A stretch of DNA of 64,000 bases, from assembly GCA_963762055.1 (NCBI GenBank), contig CAVXJF010000003.1, forward strand, positions 115,141-179,140, written 5' to 3'. The position numbers were made by a program, and so were the translations under genes. The stretch is from Vicinamibacterales bacterium. GTDB lineage: Bacteria; Acidobacteriota; Vicinamibacteria; Vicinamibacterales; JAMQPK01. The notes beneath the pieces are model-generated. The model was given only the letters and a program-made list of their open reading frames with translations, was not told the origin of the DNA and did no database searches. Numbering within the stretch: the first letter of the stretch is position 1; every line of letters begins with the position of its first letter. Of the stretch, positions 20,319-29,288 are shown in pieces.

Positions 20319-20353
20319 AACCCGCCGACTTCACAGCCGGCGGGTTTTTTTTT
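20319..20353 (+). terminator. Intrinsic terminator (attenuator) in the asd leader
   Basis: aacccgccg / cggcgggtt stem followed by a T9 run. Confidence 0.85.
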
Positions 20354-20358
20354 GGTTT

Positions 20359-20493
20359 CCCGCGCTACACGGTTTTGTGCGTGCACCGCGGGGGTGGTCC
20401 CGCGCTACACGGTTTTGTGCGTAGCACCGCGGGGGTGGGGCCCCGCGCTACACGGTTTTGTGCGTAGCACCGCGGGGGTGGGGCCCCGCGCTA
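20359..20493 (+). repeat. About 3.2 tandem copies of a ~43-bp double-hairpin unit (cccgcgctacacggttttgtgcgtagcaccgcgggggtggggc)
   Basis: Near-identical units with no spacers, ending just before the asd RBS. Confidence 0.85.
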
Positions 20494-20511
20494 TTGATAA
20501 AGGAGGACGAG

Positions 20512-21561
20512 GTGGTTTCCCGCAGAGTAGACGTCGGCATCCTTGGAGCCACGGGCATGGTCGGCCAGCAGTTCATCATTCAGCTCGCCAATCATCCCTG
20601 GTTCCGCATCGTGTGGCTGGGAGCGAGCGAGCGATCCGAGGGCCGCAAATACAGCGACCTGCCGTGGCGGCTGTCTGTGCCGCGGCCGCGCGAAGTGGAT
20701 GAACTGGTGGTCGAAGCCGCGGCGCCCGGCCGCGCGCCGCGATTGATGTTTTCGGGCCTCGACTCGAAGGTCGCCGGAGACATCGAACGCGAGTTCGCTT
20801 CGGCGGGCCACTTCGTCGTCAGCAACGCGCGCAACTACCGGATGGAGCAGTTCGTGCCGCTGCTCGTGCCCGAAGTGAACCCGGATCACCTCGCGCTCCT
20901 CCCGCTTCAGCAGCAAGCCAAAGGGTGGAAGGGCGCCATCGTGACCAACCCGAACTGCGCGACTGTACCCCTTGTGATGGCGCTTGCCGCCGCCCGTCAA
21001 TTCGAGCCGGCGAAGGTCACCGTCTCGACGATGCAGGCGGTATCGGGCGCGGGCTATCCCGGCGTGCCGTCACTCGACATTCTGGGCAATCTGATTCCGT
21101 TCATCGACGGCGAGGAAGAAAAAATTCAGACCGAGTCGCTGAAGATCATGGGAACGCTGCAGACCGATCGCGTCGTGCCGCATCCGATGATCGTGAGCGC
21201 GCATACGACACGTGTGCCTGTGATCAACGGGCACACCGAGACAATCAGTGTTCAGTTCGCCAAAAAGCCGTCGCTCGACGAGCTGAAAGCGGCATTCCGC
21301 GCGTTTACCGGCAAACCGCAGCAGCATCGCTGCCCGTCGGCGCCCGCTCAACCCCTGCAGTTGATGGACGAGCTCAATAGACCGCAGCCACGCCTCGACG
21401 TCGAGCGCGAGGGCGGAATGGCGGTCTTCCTCGGCCGTGTCCGGCCCTGCCCGGTTTTCGACTACAAGTTCGTGGCGTTGGGGCACAATACGGTGCGCGG
21501 TGCCGCCGGCGCGGCGGTGCTGAACGCTGAACTGATGCTCGCGGAAAAGTTGCTCGACTGA
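20512..21561 (+). CDS. asd: Aspartate-semialdehyde dehydrogenase
   Basis: GILGATGMVGQ, TNPNCAT, QAVSGAG, HNTVRGAAG; AAGGAGG RBS. Confidence 0.95.
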   Translation: MVSRRVDVGILGATGMVGQQFIIQLANHPWFRIVWLGASERSEGRKYSDLPWRLSVPRPREVDELVVEAAAPGRAPRLMFSGLDSKVAGDIEREFASAGHFVVSNARNYRMEQFVPLLVPEVNPDHLALLPLQQQAKGWKGAIVTNPNCATVPLVMALAAARQFEPAKVTVSTMQAVSGAGYPGVPSLDILGNLIPFIDGEEEKIQTESLKIMGTLQTDRVVPHPMIVSAHTTRVPVINGHTETISVQFAKKPSLDELKAAFRAFTGKPQQHRCPSAPAQPLQLMDELNRPQPRLDVEREGGMAVFLGRVRPCPVFDYKFVALGHNTVRGAAGAAVLNAELMLAEKLLD

Positions 21562-21604
21562 TGCCAGTCCTCTTTGCTCTCGGCCCTCGGCTCTCGGCTC
21601 TCGT

Positions 21605-22288
21605 ATGCGTCTACTCCTAGTCGGCTACGGGCGCATGGGGAAAGTCGTCGAGCGTCTCGCGCCCGATTACGGGTTCGAGGTCGTCGGCCGCCTCGACGAC
21701 ACCAACAACATCGACGGTGCCGGAATTCCATCGGCGCCTGATGCGGATGTCGCCGTGGAGTTTTCCGTGCCGGCAGCTGTTGCCGACAATCTTCCGAAGC
21801 TCGCCGCGAGAAAAATAAATGTGGTGATTGGCACCACTGGTTGGAATCAGGACGAAGAGAAGCTGAAGAAGATCGCCGCGGACGCGTCCATCGGCGTCGT
21901 GGCCGCGGCAAATTTCTCTCTTGGGGTGGCGTTGTTCCAGGGACTGGCCGAACAGGCAGCGAAGATGTTTGCGCCGTATCCGGAATACGGCGCGTGGATC
22001 CACGAGATTCATCACTCTGCAAAGAAAGATGCACCATCCGGAACGGCCATCACGCTGCAGAAGGGCATGCAGCAGGCCGGCTATCGCCACAATATCGACA
22101 TGGCGTCGAGCCGGGCGGGATCGGTGCCGGGGACACACACAATCGGCTTCGACGGACCTTTCGAAACGATTACACTCACGCACACCAATCGCGACCGCGC
22201 GGCGTTCGCGCAGGGCGCACTGCACGCCGCCAGGTGGGTACAAGGCAGGACCGGTTGGTTTACGATCAAGGACGTACTGGGACTGTAA
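21605..22288 (+). CDS. dapB: 4-hydroxy-tetrahydrodipicolinate reductase
   Basis: GYGRMG, GTTG, EIHHSAKKDAPSGTA. Confidence 0.95.
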   Translation: MRLLLVGYGRMGKVVERLAPDYGFEVVGRLDDTNNIDGAGIPSAPDADVAVEFSVPAAVADNLPKLAARKINVVIGTTGWNQDEEKLKKIAADASIGVVAAANFSLGVALFQGLAEQAAKMFAPYPEYGAWIHEIHHSAKKDAPSGTAITLQKGMQQAGYRHNIDMASSRAGSVPGTHTIGFDGPFETITLTHTNRDRAAFAQGALHAARWVQGRTGWFTIKDVLGL

Positions 22289-22314
22289 GCGAGACCTTTG
22301 AGAAAGAGATCACT

Positions 22315-23222
22315 ATGCGACAGGCATTCACCGGAGTCGGCACCGCGCTCGTAACTCCGTTCACGACGACGGGGCTGCTCGACGAAGAGGGCGTGCGGCG
22401 CCTGGCGCGGCGTCAGATCGACCAAGGCGTGCATTTTCTTGTGCCGTGCGGCACCACGGGCGAGAGCCCGACGCTCTCGGAAGAAGAGCGAACGCGAATC
22501 GTGCAGATCTGCGTGGAAGAGGCGCACGGCAAGGTGCCGGTGCTGGCCGGCGCAGGGGGATACGACACCAGGGAGGTCATTCACGCGGCGCGCCAGATGG
22601 AGCGTGCCGGAGCGAATGGCCTGCTTTCAGTTACCCCGTACTACAACAAGCCCACGCCAGACGGCCTCTTCCAACATTTCAAGGCCATCGCCGAAAGCAC
22701 GTCGCTGCCGATCGTGCTCTACAACGTGCCGGGCCGCACGGGCTGCAACATCGACGTGAACACCCTCGTCAGGCTCGCCGCGATTCCGAACATCGTCGCC
22801 GTGAAAGAAGCGTCGGGAAACATGCAGCAGGCGTGTGAGTACATCCGCGCGGTGCCTTCCGACTTCATCGTGTTATCCGGCGAAGATGCCATTACTGTGC
22901 CGATGATGGCGGTCGGCGGTCGAGGTGTGATCTGCGTGGTGTCGAACGAGATACCGCGCGAGATCGCCCAGATGGTCGAGGCCGCCGAGCGCGGCGATTT
23001 TGCCGCGGCGAGGAAGATGCACCAGTCGCTGCTGCCCCTGATGCTCGTGAACTTCTGCGAATCGAATCCCATTCCGGTCAAAACGGTAATGGCCGCCATG
23101 GGATTGATTGAGGAATCCTTCCGCCTGCCAATGGTGCCGCCGCGGCCCGAGTCGCGCGCGAAAATCATGTCGGTACTCGGCGAGCTCGGCCTGCTGAAAA
23201 AAGCGCCCGACAAGGTGAGCGC

Positions 23223-23226
<4 letters not shown>
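22315..23226 (+). CDS. dapA: 4-hydroxy-tetrahydrodipicolinate synthase
   Basis: GTALVTPF, CGTTGES, PYYNKP, LYNVPGRT, VKEASG. Confidence 0.96.
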
Positions 23227-24070
<844 letters not shown>

Positions 24071-24083
<13 letters not shown>

Positions 24084-25079
24084 ATCTCACCGACGTCGTT
24101 GCCGTGACTCGCGGGCTCGTCGACATCGACTCGACGACAGGGCGGGAAGGGGACTGCATTTTGTGGATGGCGACGCTGTTGAGCGCCGCTGGCTACGAAG
24201 TGGTGGAGCAGGTCGTCGAGGGCTCGCGCCGAAACATCTACGCCGGGTTCGGCAAGGCCGACGTCGTGCTCTCCACCCATCTCGATTGCGTTCCGCCGTT
24301 TTTTCCGAGCCACATCGATGGGGATCGTCTTTACGGACGCGGGTCGTGCGACGCAAAAGGGATCGCCGCGTGCCAGGTGGCCGCGGCCGAAGCGCTTCGG
24401 CGTGAAGGCATCACGAATGTCGGCCTGCTGTTCGTCGTCGGCGAGGAGCGCGGCAGCGACGGTGCGAAGACCGCCCAGTCGCTCGCCTCCGGCTCGAAGT
24501 TTCTGATCAACGGAGAGCCGACCGACAACCGTCTCGGCATAGGCACGCGCGGCGCGCTGCGATACCGCCTCCGCGCCAAGGGGCGCGCGGCGCATTCATC
24601 GTTCCCGGAGCTCGGAGAATCGGCGATCGAAAAGTTGATCGACGCGCTCGTGAGACTGCGCGCGATGGATATGCCCGAACATCCGGTGCTCGGACGCACG
24701 CATTACACGGTCGGCATCATCAGCGGCGGTGTTGCGCCGAACGTGATCCCGTTCGAAGCGGAAGCCGAAGTGATGTTCCGTACCGGTCTCCGACATCGAC
24801 GCGCTTCGCGCATCGATGTCGAGCCTGACGCCGCTCGTCTCGCTGGAGGAGATTCTGGACGTTCCGCCGGTGATCATGCCGTCGGTGCCGGGCTTCGACA
24901 CGGCGACGTTCCCATACACGACAGATATCCCGTTCCTCTCGAACTGGGGCACGCCGCTGCTCTACGGTCCGGGTTCAATCCACGTTGCGCACACCGACAA
25001 CGAACACGTGAAGATCCCGGATCTTGCGCGAGCCGTGGATGATTACCGGACGCTCGCCAAACACCTGCTCGCGCAGTAG
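24071..25079 (+). CDS. M20 family deacylase (DapE/ArgE-like), one frameshift near 24785
   Basis: STHLDCV, GRGSCDAKG, GEE, GEPT, AHSS, then GPGSIHVAHTDNE in another frame. Confidence 0.8.
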
Positions 25080-25285
25080 AAATTCAAACAGGAGTTCAGG
25101 AGTTCAAGAGTTCTTTGTAACAGGAGAACGAGAGAACGAGAGAACCCTAAGAATCACCACGGAGACACCGTGGCGTCGCGCTGCCACGTCCGAGCTTCCC
25201 TGCCTTCTGACCTCTTGTTGATGAAACCTGAAATCGGGCTGCCCCGTATTACTACCGGCAAGGTTGCTCTAAGAAGGAGGCCGTT

Positions 25286-25993
25286 ATGGTCGTTCTCGGA
25301 GTCATGACTCGGATGCTGGCGGGTGCCGGCGTGGCAGTGGTTCTCGGCGGCTGCGATATTGGTCCGATTGCGACCGGCGAAACGCGGCGCGACAACCTAA
25401 ACATCGATCTCGACAATTCCGAAGCGGTGCGTGTCGATCTCGACATGGGCGCGGGCGAATTGACGATCGCGAGCGGGACGTCAAAGCTCGCTGAAGGGAC
25501 GTTTACATACAACGTCCCTGAATGGAAACCTGTCGTGGATTACCGCGCCGGTCAGTTGAAGATTTCGCAACCGGACGGTGCGCGCGGCGGGTTTGGGGAC
25601 ACCGTCTATAACTGGGATCTCAAGCTGAACAACGACCTGCCGCTCGACGTCTCGGCAAAGCTGGGTGCCGGAGAAGCGACCTTCGAGATGGGCAACATGA
25701 ACCTCCGCACTGTCGACGTCAGTGTCGGCGCGGGCAAGGCGACGATGGACCTGCGAGGCGCGCCTAAGCGTGACTACAGCGTGCGGATTCGCGGCGGAGT
25801 AGGCGAGGCCAGGGTATATCTGCCGAAAGACGTCGCCATAGCCGCGAAGGCGGCCGGCGGGATTGGCGACATCTCGGTCGAGGGCCTGGTGGAGCGCGAT
25901 GGCCTCTGGGTCAACCCCGTTCGCCTCGACGGACCCGTAACAGTGAGACTCGATGTCAAAGGTGGCATCGGCAAGATCAAACTGATCCGCTGA
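25286..25993 (+). CDS. Lipoprotein, toast-rack/DUF2154-like beta-solenoid
   Basis: LGGC lipobox; repeated L.MGAGE / VGAGK / GGVGE / GGIG motifs. Confidence 0.7.
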   Translation: MVVLGVMTRMLAGAGVAVVLGGCDIGPIATGETRRDNLNIDLDNSEAVRVDLDMGAGELTIASGTSKLAEGTFTYNVPEWKPVVDYRAGQLKISQPDGARGGFGDTVYNWDLKLNNDLPLDVSAKLGAGEATFEMGNMNLRTVDVSVGAGKATMDLRGAPKRDYSVRIRGGVGEARVYLPKDVAIAAKAAGGIGDISVEGLVERDGLWVNPVRLDGPVTVRLDVKGGIGKIKLIR

Positions 25994-26120
25994 ACAAACG
26001 CAAACAAGAGCTCAGAAGACTAGAGAATCTTTTTCAAGAAAGCAGGCTCCTGATCTCGTGATCTCCTGTTCGCCTGTTTTTCACGATGCATGCGCGCAGG
26101 GAATGGATTGGGTGCCATTT

Positions 26121-26135
26121 ATGCGATAATCGCAT
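26121..26135. promoter_or_regulatory. LTTR T-N11-A palindrome (probable autoregulatory site)
   Basis: atgcgataatcgcat immediately upstream of the LysR start. Confidence 0.55.
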
Positions 26136-26141
26136 CCACTG

Positions 26142-27083
26142 ATGGATCTCCGTCAGCTCGAAATCGTCCAGGCCGTCGCCGAAACCGGCTCGTTCACGGG
26201 CGCCGGCAGGAAACTCCACGTCTCGCAGTCGGCGATCAGCCGTCAAATCCTGCTCCTCGAGGATGAGCTGAACGAAAGCATCTTCCTGCGCGTCGGCCGG
26301 CGCGTCCGCATCACCCCCGCGGGCGAATCACTCGTGCAGCTCAGCAACCGCGTCTTCGGCGACATCAAGGAAACAGTCACCGTCATCGGCGAGAGCCAGC
26401 AGACGCTGAGCGGCACGATTCGCCTGGCCGGCGGCATGACGGTGTGCATGTACGTGTTTCCGCAGCTGCTCCAGGAGTATCGCCGTCAGAACTCACTCGT
26501 CGAGGTGAAGCTGATCACGGGAACGTCGCAGCGCCTCTTGCAGGAAATACGCGGCGGCACCGCGGACCTGGGCTTCATTACGCTACCGGTGAACGAATCG
26601 GAACTGGTGACCGTTCCGGCGATGGAAGAAGAGATGCTGATCGTCGCGCATCCGTCGCATCCGCTCGCCAGGAAGAAACGCATCGTGCCACAAGACCTGT
26701 CGCAGCAGCCCTTCGTGCTGTTCGAGGCGGCGTCCAACTCGCGCCGGGTCGTCGATACGTTTTTTGCCAAGGAACGCATCGAGCCGCGGATCGTCATGGA
26801 AACCGAAAACGTCGAGATTCTGAAGGCGCTGGTGCGGTCGGAGATGGGCATCACCATCATTCCGTACCAGGCCGTTGCCCGCGAAGTTCGGAGCCGGCAA
26901 CTGTTTTGTGCGCGTATTTCTGGCGCCCATCTCGTCCGCTACACGGGCTGGGTCTATCAGCGGGCCAACAAGGTTCCTCGCATGCTCGAAGAGATGTTCC
27001 ACGCTTACGACCGCATCCTGCCGAAGCTCCATTTGAGTCCTGGAGGGCGCATGCCGGCGAACAACAATGACGCGCCCCGCTGA
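26142..27083 (+). CDS. LysR family transcriptional regulator
   Basis: MDLRQL...SFTGAGRKLHVSQSAISRQI HTH. Confidence 0.95.
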   Translation: MDLRQLEIVQAVAETGSFTGAGRKLHVSQSAISRQILLLEDELNESIFLRVGRRVRITPAGESLVQLSNRVFGDIKETVTVIGESQQTLSGTIRLAGGMTVCMYVFPQLLQEYRRQNSLVEVKLITGTSQRLLQEIRGGTADLGFITLPVNESELVTVPAMEEEMLIVAHPSHPLARKKRIVPQDLSQQPFVLFEAASNSRRVVDTFFAKERIEPRIVMETENVEILKALVRSEMGITIIPYQAVAREVRSRQLFCARISGAHLVRYTGWVYQRANKVPRMLEEMFHAYDRILPKLHLSPGGRMPANNNDAPR

Positions 27084-27849
27084 AATCGGCGTCACGGCCG
27101 AGTCTCTCGACCGGGTTGGTCAAATCGCGCGCGCGGCGGGCGCGGCGATTCTGGCGCACTATGAACGCCCCGGGGTGGTGTCCTTCAAAGACGATCGAAG
27201 TCCTTTGACAGAAGCCGATCGGAGTGCTCATTGCGTCATCGTTGACGGATTGCTGGAATGGGACCGCAGCATCCCGGTGATTTCGGAAGAAGGGGACATT
27301 CCGCCCTATGAAGAACGCTCGCGATGGGATCGGTTCTGGCTTGTCGATCCGCTCGACGGCACGAAGGAGTTTCTCCATCGCAATGGCGAGTTCACCGTGA
27401 ACATAGCCCTGGTGGCCGGCGATGCTCCCGTGCTCGGCGTCGTCTATGCACCGGCGCTGGATCTTCTCTACTCGGCTGGCCGCGGCCTGGGCGCGTGGAA
27501 GGAGCAACCAGGAACCAGTGCGGTTCGCGTGTATTCCGAGCCGCTCTCAGCGGGGTCGCCACTCGTCGTAGCCGAAAGCCGCTCGCACCCGTCGGAGGAG
27601 CTCGAGGCGTATTTGAAAACCATTGCCATCGACCGTCGAATTCAGGTCGGCAGCTCGCTCAAGTTCTGCTGGGTCGCCGAGGGGAAAGCGGACATCTATC
27701 CCCGTTTCGGGACGACGATGGAATGGGATACGGCGGCGGGCGATTGCGTGTATCGTCAGTCGGGCAGAGTGGGGGAGCGGTTCTCCACGCTGCGCTATAA
27801 CACGCCGTCTCTCCGGAACGACCATTTCGTCGTGGGCATTCAGGGCTAA
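27067..27849 (+). CDS. cysQ: 3'(2'),5'-bisphosphate nucleotidase CysQ
   Basis: SPLTEAD, ISEE, WLVDPLDGTKEF, GSSLKFC, EWDTAAG. Confidence 0.93.
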   Translation: MTRPAEIGVTAESLDRVGQIARAAGAAILAHYERPGVVSFKDDRSPLTEADRSAHCVIVDGLLEWDRSIPVISEEGDIPPYEERSRWDRFWLVDPLDGTKEFLHRNGEFTVNIALVAGDAPVLGVVYAPALDLLYSAGRGLGAWKEQPGTSAVRVYSEPLSAGSPLVVAESRSHPSEELEAYLKTIAIDRRIQVGSSLKFCWVAEGKADIYPRFGTTMEWDTAAGDCVYRQSGRVGERFSTLRYNTPSLRNDHFVVGIQG

Positions 27850-27860
27850 TACGTCCGCCG

Positions 27861-28595
27861 ATGAACCAGGAGACACCAACGCGACCTGTCGCGCAGGCGT
27901 TGTCGTGGAGAGTGCTCGGCACCGTGGTCACCACCGTGCTGGTATTCATCTTCACGCGCAGCCTGTCGCTGTCGCTCGCGATAGGAGTGCTGGAGTTTGT
28001 GGCGAAGGCCGCGCTGTACTGGTTCCACGAGCGGGCGTGGGACCGGGTGCGGCGTGGACGGCAACACGTCGAGCCGGTGGTCCTCTGGTTTACGGGGCTG
28101 TCCGGCGCTGGCAAGAGCACGATTGCGGATTGGTCTGCTCGCGAGTTGAGCGCTCGCGGCTTCAAGGTGGAGCGGTTGGACGGCGACACGATTCGGGACA
28201 TTTTCCCGAACACCGGGTTTTCGAGGGCCGACCGCGACGCGCACATCAAGAGAGTTGGCTACCTGGCCAGTAAGCTCGAGAAGAACGGCGTGTTCGTCGT
28301 GGCGTCGTTTGTGTCGCCCTACCGGGAATCCCGCGACTTCGTCCGCACGCTTTGCAAGAACTTCGTCGAGGTGCATGTGGCGACACCCCTGACCGTTTGC
28401 GAGCAGCGCGATGTGAAGGGGCTCTACGCGAAAGCGCGCCGTGGCGAGATTCAGAATTTCACCGGCATCGACGATCCGTTCGAACCGCCACTCCAGCCGG
28501 ACGTCGTCATCGATACGACAAAGCTCACCGTAGACAAGGCGGGCGAAATGGTCCTCGGCTTTGTCCACGGGCGGAGTGGACAGGCGAGACGCTGA
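27861..28595 (+). CDS. cysC: Adenylyl-sulfate kinase with N-terminal 2-TM (DUF2061-like) domain
   Basis: WR..GT...YWFHERAW membrane domain; WFTGLSGAGKST, LDGD, RDVKGLY, FTGIDDP. Confidence 0.92.
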   Translation: MNQETPTRPVAQALSWRVLGTVVTTVLVFIFTRSLSLSLAIGVLEFVAKAALYWFHERAWDRVRRGRQHVEPVVLWFTGLSGAGKSTIADWSARELSARGFKVERLDGDTIRDIFPNTGFSRADRDAHIKRVGYLASKLEKNGVFVVASFVSPYRESRDFVRTLCKNFVEVHVATPLTVCEQRDVKGLYAKARRGEIQNFTGIDDPFEPPLQPDVVIDTTKLTVDKAGEMVLGFVHGRSGQARR

Positions 28596-28596
28596 C

Positions 28597-29214
28597 TCAC
28601 CCTGCCCGACGGTTCCGATACAACTGGTTATCTACGGTCGCAGCCATGGCTGCGATGTCGAGGTTGGCGCCGAGAAACGTACAGATACGCCGCGCCATCG
28701 CTTCGGGATCCGCGAGAACGTCCGCGTATGTCACGTCGATCGCCGAAAATCGATGATCGTGGGCCAGGAGATATTTCACTTTGCGAAGGTGCCCTTCGAA
28801 GAATTTCTGAAGCGCATCATCGCCTGCCGAGCCGCCCGCCTCGCCGCGTTGAGAGAGCATCTTGCTTTGTGATTTGAGAACTTCCTGGATGTCGCGGTTC
28901 ATGAAGACGACCTGATAGTTGTTCTCTGCCGGCAGGTGCTCGAGGAGTGACGAGATGACCTTGACCACCCGGCCGCGGCCCGCGCGAACCCAGCTCCTGT
29001 CCATTCCCTTGTCCAGCTGTTTGACCCGCTCGAGCTCGTAATACCCCTTGGGGTTCTGATCGTCGGGAGTTCGGATGCCATCCATCCAGACCGGAACTCC
29101 ACCTGCCTCCAGCATCTTCATCATCATCGAGGTTCCGGAGCGGGGCAGCCCCGAAACGACGATCACCGGCCGCCCGTAGATGACGCGACGGTAGGTCCGC
29201 TGCCACCATGCCAT
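28597..29214 (-). CDS. PAPS-dependent sulfotransferase family protein
   Basis: 5'-PSB loop VSGLPRSGTSMM; NPKGYYE; FMNRD..EVLKSQ 3'-PB motif. Confidence 0.85.
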   Translation of the reverse strand: MAWWQRTYRRVIYGRPVIVVSGLPRSGTSMMMKMLEAGGVPVWMDGIRTPDDQNPKGYYELERVKQLDKGMDRSWVRAGRGRVVKVISSLLEHLPAENNYQVVFMNRDIQEVLKSQSKMLSQRGEAGGSAGDDALQKFFEGHLRKVKYLLAHDHRFSAIDVTYADVLADPEAMARRICTFLGANLDIAAMAATVDNQLYRNRRAG

Positions 29215-29288
29215 GAATCGCCTCCAATGTCCGGTGACCGTTCCGGTGCTGCTTGGTATACCATACGGCGCGCACCTACAGCACCCAT

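Noticed and set aside
20200-20353. Lysine riboswitch or T-box upstream of asd
   Set aside because: Lysine-riboswitch and T-box consensus elements are not visible and the leader is short; a leader peptide explains it better. An Rfam scan is still needed.
20359-20493. Possible CRISPR array
   Set aside because: Units are contiguous near-identical repeats with no unique spacers, and no cas genes are in the window.
21841-22314. Long N-terminal extension of DapA in the ORF track
   Set aside because: Overlaps dapB in another frame; DapA homology starts at the ATG at 22315.
24770-24800. Programmed frameshift in the M20/dapE-like gene
   Set aside because: No slippery sequence; consistent with the indel errors elsewhere in the window.
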